A stretch of DNA of 64,000 nt from Anaerolineales bacterium (GCA_034430425.1 DAOUEK010000031.1:62702-126701), one strand, 5' to 3'; numbered from the stretch's first letter, positions 1 through 9,824 are shown. The notes: generated from the letters alone by a model not told the origin. Numbers and translations: made by a program.

Positions 1-1
1 T

Positions 2-2680
2 TGTGGTACCGGGTTAAGCCAGCATGAGATCGTGACGGAGGGGTATCAGGAAGTGACTCATCCCAGCGTCACGCTGCGTTTCCCACTTAGAGATCGGCCC
101 GGTGAGAATCTCTTGATCTGGACGACCACGCCCTGGACTCTGACGAGCAATGTGGCGGCGGCTGTGGGACCTGATTTGACCTACGTGCGGGTGAAGCAGG
201 GCGACGAATTTTTGTACCTCAGCGCCGGGACGCTGCACATGTTAAAAGGTGAATATGAAGTTGTTGCGGAACTGAAGGGCACAGAATTGGAAGGCTGGAC
301 GTATCAAGGTCCGTTCGATGAATTGCCGGTGCAAATCGAGAAAGAATCTCCTCAGGCGCATCGTGTGATCCTCTGGGATGAGGTCGGTGAAGAAGAGGGC
401 ACGGGAATCGTACATATCGCCCCTGGGTGTGGTGCGGAAGACTTTGCGCTTGGCAAAGAATTTGGTTTACCCGTGATCGCACCGCTGAACGAATCAGGTC
501 ATTTTGTGGATGATTTCGATTGGTTGAGCGGGATGCATGTCAATGCCGTCACACAGCCGATATTCGAAAAACTTGGCGAGAAGGGGCTGTCATATCGCAT
601 CGATGATTACACCCATCGCTATCCGATCTGCTGGCGCTGCGGCGAGGATCTGGTTTTTCGTCTGGTGGATGAATGGTTCATCTCGATGGGGCAGCAATTG
701 GATAAACCCTACGATGAAGTCACACAGGCGGAAAAAGCGGAGAACTTGCGCTACCAGATCATGGAAGTGGTGATCGATGAAACCCAATGGTATCCATCCT
801 TCGGTTTCGAGCGCGAACTTGATTGGCTGCGCAATATGCATGATTGGATGATCTCGAAAAAACGCTACTGGGGGCTTGCGCTGCCAATCTGGGAATGTCA
901 TCAATGTGGCAATTTCGATATTATCGGCAGCAAGGAAGAATTGAAGGAGCGCGCTGTTGCCGGCTGGGAAGAATTCGAAGGACATTCCCCACATCGTCCC
1001 TTTATCGATGCCGTCAAGATCGAATGCAGTCAATGCGGCGCGCAAATCGAACGTATTCCTGATGTTGGAAATCCCTGGTTGGATGCGGGTATCGTCGGTA
1101 TGAGCACGCTGTCTTACAATTCCGATCCCGAGTATTGGCGTAAATGGTATCCCGCGGATCTGATTAGCGAGAGTTTTCCAGGGCAATTCCGCAACTGGTT
1201 TTACAGCCTGTTGGCGTTGAGCACAATTCTTGAACGCAAGGCGCCTTTCCGGAACGTTTTTACTTATGCCACCTTACTTGCAGAAGATGGACGCGCCATG
1301 CATAAATCCTGGGGGAACGCGATCGAATTCAATGAAGCCGCGGACAAGATGGGTGTCGATGTGATGCGCTGGCTGTATTGCAATCACAAACCGGAGCGAG
1401 ATTTGATCTTTGGGTATCACCGTGCAGATGAAGTCAGGCGGCAGTTCTTGATTCCGTTATGGAACGTGTATTCCTTCTTCGTTACCTATGCCAATATCGA
1501 TCGATGGCAACCCGATGAAGATCGCAAAGTGTCCTACAGTCAGATTGATCGCTGGATTCTTTCCAGACTCAATCAACTCCTGAATGTAATCTCCCAGGCT
1601 CTCGATGCTTTCGAGCCGGACGCCGCGAGTGATGCAGCCAATCAATTTCTCGACGAACTCAGCAACTGGTACTTGCGGCGAAGCCGCAGGAGATTTTGGG
1701 CGAAAGCTGGTGCGAGTGAGGATTCCGATGAGGATAAACACGCGGCCTATGCCACCCTTTACGAAGTGCTGGTAAACCTGGTAAAAGGATTGGCCCCGTT
1801 TGTGCCATTTGTAACGGAGGTGATGTACCAGAATCTTGTGCGTTCGGACGGCCCGGATGCGCCGGAAAGTGTGCATCATTGTGATTGGCCGGTGGCGGAT
1901 GTCACGCGCATCGATGAAGATCTGATGGCGAATATGAATCTGGTGACGAAGCTGGTTTCATTGGGTCATGCCGCTCGCAACAAGGCCAACCGAAAGCTGC
2001 GTCAGCCGTTGGCGCACGCTGCTTTCTTCGTGGGTTCGAAACAGGAAGCCGAAACGGTTCGCCAGTATTCTGATTTGATCCTCGAAGAACTGAATGTGAA
2101 GGAAATCCGTCTCCTGGATGCAGTCTCCGAAGCTGCTGCATTCCGCATTAAACCTCTGCCAAAACAGTTGGGCCAGAAGTATGGATCGCGCTTCCCGGCC
2201 ATCCAGAAAGCGATTCATAATTTGGCTGCAGGAGATGTGGAAAGAGTCGCCGTACAACTTTTGAATGAGGGGAAATCGTTTGAAGTGGATCTGGATGGGG
2301 AGAAGATCGCCATCCTAGCGGAGGAAGTAGAGGTGCAGATCGACGCGCATGAAGGCTTCGTGGCCGTTGCCGAAGGGGCAAAGGTCGTGGCGCTCAACAC
2401 GGAGTTGTCAGCGGAACTGATACTGGAAGGCCTTGCGAGAGAATTCGTGCGGCGCGTACAGGATTTGCGTAAACAGGCTGACTTGCAGGTCGATGACCGC
2501 GTTCAGATAGCGTACAACGCAAGCGATCGTCTCGACGAAGCGGTTAAAGTCCACCGGGATTACATTATTGGTGAAACACTCGGCGCCTCACTTGAATCCG
2601 TGGAAGTACCTTCGGGGAAGGCGAGTGCTTCGCATGAATTCGATGGAGAATCACTTGTCCTCGCGTTGTCAGAAGCATAG
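2..2680 (+). CDS. ileS: Isoleucine--tRNA ligase, C-terminal ~883 codons (5' end is upstream of the window)
   Basis: The frame of ORF 32..2680 stays open back to nt 2 (CGTGLSQHEIV...). Zn-knuckle pairs CWRCGEDL, CHQCGN and CSQCGA. The KMSKS-position loop reads AMHKSWGN. Long helical anticodon-binding C-terminus. The conserved ileS-lspA-rluD order follows. Confidence 0.93.
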   Translation, partial: CGTGLSQHEIVTEGYQEVTHPSVTLRFPLRDRPGENLLIWTTTPWTLTSNVAAAVGPDLTYVRVKQGDEFLYLSAGTLHMLKGEYEVVAELKGTELEGWTYQGPFDELPVQIEKESPQAHRVILWDEVGEEEGTGIVHIAPGCGAEDFALGKEFGLPVIAPLNESGHFVDDFDWLSGMHVNAVTQPIFEKLGEKGLSYRIDDYTHRYPICWRCGEDLVFRLVDEWFISMGQQLDKPYDEVTQAEKAENLRYQIMEVVIDETQWYPSFGFERELDWLRNMHDWMISKKRYWGLALPIWECHQCGNFDIIGSKEELKERAVAGWEEFEGHSPHRPFIDAVKIECSQCGAQIERIPDVGNPWLDAGIVGMSTLSYNSDPEYWRKWYPADLISESFPGQFRNWFYSLLALSTILERKAPFRNVFTYATLLAEDGRAMHKSWGNAIEFNEAADKMGVDVMRWLYCNHKPERDLIFGYHRADEVRRQFLIPLWNVYSFFVTYANIDRWQPDEDRKVSYSQIDRWILSRLNQLLNVISQALDAFEPDAASDAANQFLDELSNWYLRRSRRRFWAKAGASEDSDEDKHAAYATLYEVLVNLVKGLAPFVPFVTEVMYQNLVRSDGPDAPESVHHCDWPVADVTRIDEDLMANMNLVTKLVSLGHAARNKANRKLRQPLAHAAFFVGSKQEAETVRQYSDLILEELNVKEIRLLDAVSEAAAFRIKPLPKQLGQKYGSRFPAIQKAIHNLAAGDVERVAVQLLNEGKSFEVDLDGEKIAILAEEVEVQIDAHEGFVAVAEGAKVVALNTELSAELILEGLAREFVRRVQDLRKQADLQVDDRVQIAYNASDRLDEAVKVHRDYIIGETLGASLESVEVPSGKASASHEFDGESLVLALSEA

Positions 2681-2732
2681 TCTCCTTTAATGGTTGTGCT
2701 TCGGTATCGGGCATATACAGCAATCAATGAAT

Positions 2733-2769
2733 ATCTCCAGGGTGATATATTCCTTGGAGATTTCGTTTC
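2733..2769 (+). terminator. Possible ileS terminator hairpin
   Basis: ATCTCCA (2733-2739) pairs with TGGAGAT (2755-2761) and is followed by TTCGTTTC. The U-tract is interrupted, so this is weak. Confidence 0.35.
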
Positions 2770-2864
2770 AATCGACTTCGCAAGGGGCTGACGATTCGGT
2801 ACAATTGGCTTGCGCTGTTAACCACGGTTTGGAGGGAGATTTGACCAAAGTACGAAAATATCTC

Positions 2865-3395
2865 ATGTTGATCGGTATTGCGAGTATTGTAGTTGCGCTC
2901 GATCAATGGACGAAATACCTGGTCCACACGAAATTGCAGATTGGGGAAACCTGGATGCCGATAAAATGGTTGGCACCCTATGTACGTGTCGTCCATTGGA
3001 ACAATACAGGTGCGGCGTTTGGGATGATTCCCTCCGCGAGCTTGTTCTTTGCCGTCGTGGCAGCATTGGTCTCAATCGCCATCATTATCTACTATCCTCG
3101 AATTCCGAAAGAGCAAATCGCTGTACGAATTGCATTGGCGTTACAACTCGGTGGTGCGCTTGGCAATCTGATCGATCGCGTTATTGCCAATATGACGGTT
3201 ACCGACTTCATCTCTGTTGGCACTTTTCCGGTGTTTAATGTTGCGGATTCCAGCTTGTCGATTGGATGTGCGGTGTTGATCGCTGCGATGTGGATCGAGG
3301 AACGCAAAGCGCGAGCTGGCGTGATGACCGAAACCGCATCGGCCGAAGATCCAGATAAGGATGCGGTTTCTGATCTGGAGCAGTCCGTTGAGTGA
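2865..3395 (+). CDS. lspA: Lipoprotein signal peptidase (signal peptidase II)
   Basis: ATG at 2865 starts MLIGIASIVVALDQWTK. SPase II motifs HWNNTGAAFG and FPVFNVADSSLSIG, with about 4 TM helices. The 57 codons upstream in ORF 2694.. have no family resemblance. Confidence 0.85.
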   Translation: MLIGIASIVVALDQWTKYLVHTKLQIGETWMPIKWLAPYVRVVHWNNTGAAFGMIPSASLFFAVVAALVSIAIIIYYPRIPKEQIAVRIALALQLGGALGNLIDRVIANMTVTDFISVGTFPVFNVADSSLSIGCAVLIAAMWIEERKARAGVMTETASAEDPDKDAVSDLEQSVE

Positions 3396-4306
3396 CTGAA
3401 AAACATGTCCGCTATCAAGTCTCGTCCCCTGCAGGCAGACTAGACGTATCATTGGTCGACCACACGATCGATTTTTCGCGTACACAGATCCAACGCTTGA
3501 TTCGCAAGGGTTTGGTTCAGATCAACGGAAGCGTTGTCTGCAAACCGAGCCTTCAACTTGAAGGCGGTGAATGGATCGAGGCCACTATCCCCGAACCTGA
3601 GGTTTCTGATCTTGTCCCCGAAGCAATTCCCCTCGATGTGATCTTTGAAAACAACGACGTCCTAATCGTCAATAAACCGGCGGGTATGGTCGTGCATCCA
3701 TCGGCCGGACATGCCGATGGCACATTGGTGAATGCTGCTCTGGCGCATGCACCGGATATCAAAGGTGTAGGTGGAGAGATACGGCCGGGTGTCGTTCACC
3801 GTTTGGATAAGGATACGTCGGGATTGATTATTCTGGCGAAGAATGATTCAGCGCATCGATTTATACAACATCAGTTCAAGAGCCGTAAGGTCGAGAAAAT
3901 CTACCTTGCGCTTGTTCACGGAAGTCCTCCCACGCCGGAGGGTCGAATCGAAGCGCCGATCGGACGTGATCCGCGCAATCGCAAGCGTATGGCTGTCCTG
4001 TCTCAAGGGCGCGGCCGGGCAGCTACTACGGTATACCATACACTCGAAGTATTCGATGGATATACGTTACTCGAAGCCCAGCTGATTACTGGAAGGACGC
4101 ATCAAATTCGATTGCACTTGGATTTTATCGGGTGTCCTGTGGTTGGCGATCGACAGTATGGGAAACGCGGCTCACATCGTTTGCTCCCGCGTCAGTTTTT
4201 ACACGCACATAAGCTGCGATTTATTCTCCCTGGCCAAGACGAGCCCATGGAATTTTCGGCGCCTTTGCCGGAGGAGCTGGTGCATTTCCTGGAGGAACTT
4301 AAGTAG
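3392..4306 (+). CDS. rluD: 23S rRNA pseudouridine synthase, RluA/RluD family
   Basis: The GTG start overlaps the lspA stop (GTGA). N-terminal S4-like segment, catalytic motif HRLDKDTSGLIILAKN, and GRTHQIRLH near the C-terminus. Confidence 0.9.
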   Translation: MTEKHVRYQVSSPAGRLDVSLVDHTIDFSRTQIQRLIRKGLVQINGSVVCKPSLQLEGGEWIEATIPEPEVSDLVPEAIPLDVIFENNDVLIVNKPAGMVVHPSAGHADGTLVNAALAHAPDIKGVGGEIRPGVVHRLDKDTSGLIILAKNDSAHRFIQHQFKSRKVEKIYLALVHGSPPTPEGRIEAPIGRDPRNRKRMAVLSQGRGRAATTVYHTLEVFDGYTLLEAQLITGRTHQIRLHLDFIGCPVVGDRQYGKRGSHRLLPRQFLHAHKLRFILPGQDEPMEFSAPLPEELVHFLEELK

Positions 4307-4318
4307 TCAGCGGAGACG

Positions 4319-5368
4319 ATGAGCCCTATGGAACGAGTAGATTTTCGATCGGATACCGTTACACATCCAACCCCCGAGATGCGCGAGGCGATGGCCTCGG
4401 CTGAGGTTGGCGATGATGTATACGGCGAAGACCCCAGCGTAAATCGATTGCAAGCCATGGCCGCCGAGCTTCTTGGCAAACAAGCTGCACTGTTCGTGCC
4501 CTCGGGGACGATGGCGAATCTGGCTTCTATCCTGGCTCATTGTGATCGTGGAGATGAGGTGATTCTGGGTGATGAGTCACATATCTTTCAAAATGAGGCC
4601 GGAGGGATATCCGCTTTTGGCGGTGTCCATCCCCATCTTATCCCCAATAACCGCGATGGGACATTGGCGCTTGACTCGATTGAAGGCGCGATACGCCATG
4701 ATGATGTGCATTATCCGATCAGCCGGCTGGTGCTTATCGAGAATACCCACAATCGTTGTGGCGGGACTCCATTGACGGTTGAATATACCCGTAGTGTCGG
4801 AGCGTTGGCGAAGAAGCATGGATTGAAATTGCATATCGATGGAGCACGGATTTTCAACGCCTCAGTAGAGCTGGGAGTTACTGCGGCCGATCTGGCCGAG
4901 CCGGCGGACTCAGTCGCTTTATGTCTTTCCAAGGGATTGTGTGCGCCGGTGGGCAGCGTGATTTGCGGCGATGAAACCTTTGTCACTCGGGCGCATCGGA
5001 TTCGGAAAGCCCTGGGTGGCGGCATGCGTCAGGCGGGAGTCCTGGCCGCGGCCGGAATCGTAGCGTTGAATTCGATGATCGACCGTCTGTCAGAAGATCA
5101 TCAACGGGCGCGCAGGCTTGCTGACGGCCTGCGGGATATTCCTGGATTATCGCTGCGATATGAGCGTCCCGCGACGAACATGGTCTTTGTAGATTTCTTG
5201 CCAGGAGCGAAATTGGACGCTGCCAGCGTGGTGGAAGCAATGCGTGAGGAAGGGATCATCCTGCGTGCATCGGGAGATGGATCGATTCGTCTGGTGGTCC
5301 ATTACTGGATTGACGATGCTGCGGTCGAGTGTTTAATCTCGAATTTCAAACGTCTCATGGGTCGATAA
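4319..5368 (+). CDS. ltaE: Low-specificity L-threonine aldolase (PLP, beta-eliminating lyase family)
   Basis: DFRSDTVTHPT, GDDVYGEDPSVN and LCLSKGLCAPVGS (PLP-Lys context). 349 aa. Confidence 0.85.
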   Translation: MSPMERVDFRSDTVTHPTPEMREAMASAEVGDDVYGEDPSVNRLQAMAAELLGKQAALFVPSGTMANLASILAHCDRGDEVILGDESHIFQNEAGGISAFGGVHPHLIPNNRDGTLALDSIEGAIRHDDVHYPISRLVLIENTHNRCGGTPLTVEYTRSVGALAKKHGLKLHIDGARIFNASVELGVTAADLAEPADSVALCLSKGLCAPVGSVICGDETFVTRAHRIRKALGGGMRQAGVLAAAGIVALNSMIDRLSEDHQRARRLADGLRDIPGLSLRYERPATNMVFVDFLPGAKLDAASVVEAMREEGIILRASGDGSIRLVVHYWIDDAAVECLISNFKRLMGR

Positions 5369-5585
5369 TCCGGGGTCTTGTGGTATCATAGCGGCGTGAT
5401 GAGAAACCACTCGCATGCAGTTGTACTCACCTATATCTATACCGGGGGCGGACGGTGCCCCAACGTAATCGTCTGAACACGCCCTGCGTATTTTAGGACA
5501 GCTAATTAGCGAATCTGAGAACTAACAATGCGTGGGCTGTGAGGGCCCACGCCTGATTTTTTAAATCGCACATGGAGTCAGTGCA
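5369..5585 (+). promoter_or_regulatory. Candidate attenuation leader of tyrS (T-box-like position, family not confirmed)
   Basis: 217-nt untranslated gap ending in an intrinsic terminator. The terminator's U-tract stops about 10 nt before the tyrS Shine-Dalgarno, so tyrS must be read through it. Local hairpins include GGGGC-N7-GCCCC at about 5444-5461. A UAC triplet and AAUUAG are present, but the canonical GGGUGGUACCGCG T-box core was not found. Confidence 0.35.
5530..5562 (+). terminator. Rho-independent terminator immediately upstream of tyrS
   Basis: GCGTGGGC (5530-5537) pairs with GCCCACGC (5545-5552) around a 7-nt loop, followed by CTGA and T6. Confidence 0.7.
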
Positions 5586-6821
5586 ATGGAAGAAATGAAA
5601 CTCGAACAACAAGTCGACTTGTTGATGCAAGGGACGGAATACGGAGATAAACATCTCAAGCAATCGATGCGAGATGAATTGCTTTCTCGCCTCAAACAGG
5701 TCAAGAGAGAGGGACGCACGCTGCGGGTGTACTGTGGATTCGATCCACGTACAACGGATCTTCATCTCGGCCATACGGTTCCGATGCGGAAACTGCGTCA
5801 GTTCCAAGATTTGGGCCATGAGGTCATTTTCTTGATTGGCCGCTTTACATCGTTGGTCGGCGATCCCTCCGATAAAGATAAAGTACGTGCACAATTATCG
5901 CCGGAGGAGGCGATCAAGAACGCGGAGAGCTACGCGAACCAGGCGTTTCGCATCCTCGATCCGGATCGCACAAGAATTGAATACAACGACACGTGGTTAT
6001 CGAAACTGACTTTCGCGGACCTCATTCATCTGGCCTCGAATTTCACCATACAGCAGTTCCTTTCCCGGGATGCATTCCGCAAACGCTGGGATCAGGATGA
6101 TCCGGTATATCTGCACGAGTTCTTCTACGCATTGATGCAAGGATATGATGCCTTTCACTTGAAGACCGATGTCCAGGTTGGCGGAACCGATCAACTTTTC
6201 AACATCGTCACTGCCGCCCGTAAGTTAATGGAATCGCTGGGAGAGATGCCGAACATTGCCATCATTCTCGGCATCCTCCCCGGTACCGACGGTGTGGTGA
6301 AGATGAGCAAATCCCTGGGAAACCACATCCCGTTGAACACAACGCCGGAGGACATGTATGGCAAGGTGATGAGCGTGCCCGACGCTGCGATGGGAGACTT
6401 CTTCCGGCTGGTAACACGCTGGACGCCTCCGGAGATCGAAGCGATCGAAAACGATTTGAATGCCGGCAAATCCCATCCCAGGGATGTGAAGATGAAGCTC
6501 GCTCGGGAGATCGTTGGTATCTATTACGGCGAGGAAGCCGTAAAGCCGGCCGAAGATACCTTTAGGCAGATTTTCCAGCAGCAAGAGGCGCCAAGCAACA
6601 TACCGGATTTCGTCGTACAACAAGGTACATTGTTGGTGGCGATCATGAAGGATGCCGGATTGGTAAAGAGTAACAGCGAGGCTCGCCGTTTGGTCAAGCA
6701 AAAAGGTGTACGCCTGGACGATGTCGTCGTCGAGGATGCCGATCAGATTATCGAGATCAAAGAGTCGGTCGTACTGCGGGTGGGGAAACGGCGCTTTGTA
6801 CGTTTGATGCCGGATAAGTGA
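5586..6821 (+). CDS. tyrS: Tyrosine--tRNA ligase
   Basis: HIGH motif as DLHLGHTVP, KMSKS as VKMSKSLGN, C-terminal S4 domain (SNSEARRLVKQKGVRLD). GGAG lies 9 nt upstream of the ATG. Confidence 0.93.
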   Translation: MEEMKLEQQVDLLMQGTEYGDKHLKQSMRDELLSRLKQVKREGRTLRVYCGFDPRTTDLHLGHTVPMRKLRQFQDLGHEVIFLIGRFTSLVGDPSDKDKVRAQLSPEEAIKNAESYANQAFRILDPDRTRIEYNDTWLSKLTFADLIHLASNFTIQQFLSRDAFRKRWDQDDPVYLHEFFYALMQGYDAFHLKTDVQVGGTDQLFNIVTAARKLMESLGEMPNIAIILGILPGTDGVVKMSKSLGNHIPLNTTPEDMYGKVMSVPDAAMGDFFRLVTRWTPPEIEAIENDLNAGKSHPRDVKMKLAREIVGIYYGEEAVKPAEDTFRQIFQQQEAPSNIPDFVVQQGTLLVAIMKDAGLVKSNSEARRLVKQKGVRLDDVVVEDADQIIEIKESVVLRVGKRRFVRLMPDK

Positions 6822-6913
6822 AATTCGATTGGAATCATGCGAATTCGCAAATAAACGGAAGGGATCTTCATCAAGAAGAGCCCTTTTCGATTTACAGGAT
6901 TGTTTTCACCAGC

Positions 6914-8365
6914 TTAGCCTTTAATCACGACGAGCGGTTTGAGACGCGCCACCTTCTTTGCAATCCCTGCTTCAGAGACGACATCGACTACACTGTCTAC
7001 GTCTTTATAGGCTTGCGGCGCTTCCTCCGCCAGACCCGACATCGACCCGGCGCGGATGTGAATGCCTTGATTCTCGAGCTTGGTCAGCAGCTGGTCGCCG
7101 CGCACGGAGCGTTTCGCCTGTCTGCGGCTCATCGTTCGCCCGGCGCCATGACAGGAGGATCCAAATGCCAGGGACATACTTTCCTCCGTGCCCAGCAGAA
7201 CCCATGATCCTGTCCCCATGCTGCCGGGAACCAGAACCGGTTGACCCAACGCTCGATATTTTTCTGGTAGATCTTCGAATCCAGGACCGAAGGCACGTGT
7301 CGCTCCCTTACGGTGTACGCAGAGGGTGCGTTCCTCTCCGTCGATGCGGTGTTGTTCGATCTTTCCCATGTTATGAGCGATATCGTAGACCAAAGAAAGG
7401 TCCCAATTGCTGACTTTGCCGGCCAGGACTTCCTCGAAGGCTGTACGGGCGTGATGGGTGAGGACCTGGCGATTGGCAAAGGCGTAATTGGCCGCACAGG
7501 CCATGGCGGCGAAATAACGTTTGCCTTCGGGAGAATTCAACGGCGCACAAACGAGCTCACGATCGGGGAGTTGGATGTTGTAGCGCCTGACGGCATTCTG
7601 CAGCTCGCGCACGTAATCCGAACATACCTGATGACCCAAACCACGCGAACCACAGTGAATCTGAACGGCCAGATTGCCAACCTGCAAACCCATCGCTTCT
7701 GCTGCTTCTGGATGGAAGACATCATCAATGATGTCGACTTCGATGAAATGGTTGCCCGCTCCCAATGTCCCTAATTGCGGCCGGCCTCGCTGTTTGGCGC
7801 GATCACTTACGCAACCTGGATCGGCATCCTCCAGGCACCCACATTCTTCCGTTCTACGCACATCATCGGAGGTCGCGAATCCATTTCTCTCCGTCCACCC
7901 AGAACCCAGGCGCAGCACATTCTCGAGAGCTTTGGCAGTTAGCCGGACGCTGCCTTTCCCGCCAACGCCGCTCGGACAATGTGCATATAAAGCATTCGCC
8001 AGATCATCCAGCCAGGGCTCGGCTTCATCTGCGGAGATCTCACTCGCCAGGACACGCACGCCGCAGTTGATATCGTAGCCAATGCCACCGGGAGAGATTA
8101 CGCCATCGGGCAGATTGGTAGCCGCCACACCGCCAATCGGAAAGCCATAACCCTGGTGAACATCCGGCATCACCACAACATGACTCACGAGGCCGGGGAG
8201 CGTCGCTGCGTTGATCGCTTGCTCGATCGAACGATCACCAAGAGTGGCTTCAAGGATTTTTTCGCTGGCGAAAATGCGCACAGGCACGCGCATGTCGTCG
8301 CGGAATGATTGGGGAATTTCCCAGGTTACGGGATTAAGACGAATAAAATCTTGTTTCCGCATCAA
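6914..8365 (-). CDS. rtcB: RNA 3'-phosphate ligase RtcB
   Basis: [31 protein letters not shown] and SCHGAGR motifs. 483 aa. Confidence 0.93.
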   Translation of the reverse strand: MMRKQDFIRLNPVTWEIPQSFRDDMRVPVRIFASEKILEATLGDRSIEQAINAATLPGLVSHVVVMPDVHQGYGFPIGGVAATNLPDGVISPGGIGYDINCGVRVLASEISADEAEPWLDDLANALYAHCPSGVGGKGSVRLTAKALENVLRLGSGWTERNGFATSDDVRRTEECGCLEDADPGCVSDRAKQRGRPQLGTLGAGNHFIEVDIIDDVFHPEAAEAMGLQVGNLAVQIHCGSRGLGHQVCSDYVRELQNAVRRYNIQLPDRELVCAPLNSPEGKRYFAAMACAANYAFANRQVLTHHARTAFEEVLAGKVSNWDLSLVYDIAHNMGKIEQHRIDGEERTLCVHRKGATRAFGPGFEDLPEKYRALGQPVLVPGSMGTGSWVLLGTEESMSLAFGSSCHGAGRTMSRRQAKRSVRGDQLLTKLENQGIHIRAGSMSGLAEEAPQAYKDVDSVVDVVSEAGIAKKVARLKPLVVIKG

Positions 8366-8377
8366 ACGTTCCTCCCT

Positions 8378-8809
8378 TTACACATCAAAAACAAGAGTTG
8401 TGGTAAAACCTTCGTCCGTCGCCTCGATTTTTAGATCGTAGAAGGTTACCGCTTTGATTTCCTTATTCATTTCTGCGAGAGGTGTTTCACGAACACTTGC
8501 TCTGAGCTGCCCATTTTTCACTTGATGAACCTCGATGCCAGTGTAATTTACGTCGTTGGTCTCTATATTGAATAGCAGCTCCTCCAGCCAGGCGACCAGC
8601 AAGGTTTCCTTATCGATCGCGGCCAGTTCGATGTGCTTTATATTCGTTTCTCCAGGGCGTGAAGATGCCTGCATCAAGCGCAGCATCCCCAGCGCAGCGT
8701 TTTCGAACAACGACTCGATGGTTTTCCCGCCAACGCGGATAGCCCAGTCGGCGGTGTGTTCGATCTCCTCGAAAAAACCTTCCTGGTTGTGAAAATTGGA
8801 TTCGCCCAT
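8378..8809 (-). CDS. Archease (RtcB accessory protein family)
   Basis: 143 aa. EHTADWAIRVGG...FENAALGM and a C-terminal beta region typical of archease. It sits 12 nt upstream of rtcB on the same strand. Confidence 0.8.
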   Translation of the reverse strand: MGESNFHNQEGFFEEIEHTADWAIRVGGKTIESLFENAALGMLRLMQASSRPGETNIKHIELAAIDKETLLVAWLEELLFNIETNDVNYTGIEVHQVKNGQLRASVRETPLAEMNKEIKAVTFYDLKIEATDEGFTTTLVFDV

Positions 8810-8947
8810 CTTCTCACTTTTCCGGCATCTATATAGTATTATATGGCAGGATTGATTCTCTTCATGATCCGGTGAGCTTGTCGTGGTGGTATAGTCCGGA
8901 AGTCCTATAGGGTTTATGGAATCTAGGCAGTCGCTTATAATTTACAC

Positions 8948-9799
8948 ATGGATGACCAACTTCACACTTTAGCAAGAACCATTCAACTGGCAATCCACGA
9001 AACTGTAAAACTCCTGCCGTGGCGCGATTTCTCTGTTTCCACACTTGCCCATCAAATTGCCACCGAGGTGGTGGCCACAATGCGGGCCGGTGCTGAATCA
9101 CGTCAATATGCCCCGGATCAATTCACGTTGACTATTCATCCCCATGAAACCGGCGAATTGCAGGCTGTAAAACCAGAGATTCAACATGACTTGGCCTCCA
9201 ATCTCCAACAAGCATTGAAGGAATGCAATCTGGATTTTACCAGGGAGCCACATATCACTTTGGCGACAGACCCCACGCTTAAGAAAGGTGAGATACGGGT
9301 AATCGCCTGGCACAGTGCGGATCCTACGGAGATCACATCCCATCCAATGCCTGAGAGCGCTTTCCAATCCGATCGGCCCGAGACGAACGCGTTCCTCGTT
9401 GTTGAAGGGAGGCGCCACTTTCCGCTGAACAAGGCGGTGATCGACATCGGTCGTCTAGTGGATAACGATCTTGTATTGGATGGTCATCATGTTTCACGGA
9501 GGCATGCGCAAATTCGTTCTCACCAGGGACGATTTCAAATTGTCGATCTCGATTCGATGGCAGGCGTCAAGGTGAATGGCCGATTCATTCAAGAACAATT
9601 TCTCTTAGCTGGTGATGTGATCGCATTGGCTGATGTTGAGTTGGTTTATGCGGAAGGGGCGGAAGGTCCACCTGCTGCAACACCTCCATATAGCCCACTC
9701 TCGGATACTATTGATGATCGTAATGAAATCACCCCACTCGATATGAAAAAAAAGGAACTCGATGACGATACTGCACCGACGGGATCAATGGAAAAGTGA
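8948..9799 (+). CDS. FhaA-like protein (DUF3662-type N-domain + C-terminal FHA), copy 1
   Basis: REPHITLATDPTLKKGEIRVIAWH (FhaA N-domain signature), then FHA: IDIGRLVDNDLVLDGHHVSRRHAQI...GVKVNG...GDVIALADVELVY. Confidence 0.85.
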   Translation: MDDQLHTLARTIQLAIHETVKLLPWRDFSVSTLAHQIATEVVATMRAGAESRQYAPDQFTLTIHPHETGELQAVKPEIQHDLASNLQQALKECNLDFTREPHITLATDPTLKKGEIRVIAWHSADPTEITSHPMPESAFQSDRPETNAFLVVEGRRHFPLNKAVIDIGRLVDNDLVLDGHHVSRRHAQIRSHQGRFQIVDLDSMAGVKVNGRFIQEQFLLAGDVIALADVELVYAEGAEGPPAATPPYSPLSDTIDDRNEITPLDMKKKELDDDTAPTGSMEK

Positions 9800-9824
9800 G
9801 TTCCGCGATAAATCCAGTTGAAGA

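Noticed and set aside
590-1186. 198-aa minus-strand ORF inside ileS
   Set aside because: It is antisense to a strongly supported aaRS gene, with no motifs and no SD sequence. This is a typical shadow ORF.
1290-1320. Degenerate KMSKS loop in IleRS (AMHKS), considered as a sign of a pseudo-enzyme
   Set aside because: The second Lys and the Ser are retained, the rest of the enzyme looks intact, and this is the only ileS visible. It is most likely a tolerated variant.
5416-5469. 17-codon mini-ORF (MQLYSPISIPGADGAPT) in the tyrS leader, considered as a Tyr-sensing leader peptide
   Set aside because: It has only one Tyr codon and no SD sequence. It is not a plausible attenuation peptide.
5369-5585. 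Calling the tyrS leader a bona fide T-box riboswitch
   Set aside because: The conserved T-box core (GGGUGGUACCGCG) and a clear specifier-loop or antiterminator arrangement could not be identified by eye. Only the attenuator-like geometry is reported.
6818-7207. 129-aa plus-strand ORF after tyrS
   Set aside because: It overlaps the 3' half of rtcB in antisense and has no supporting signals.
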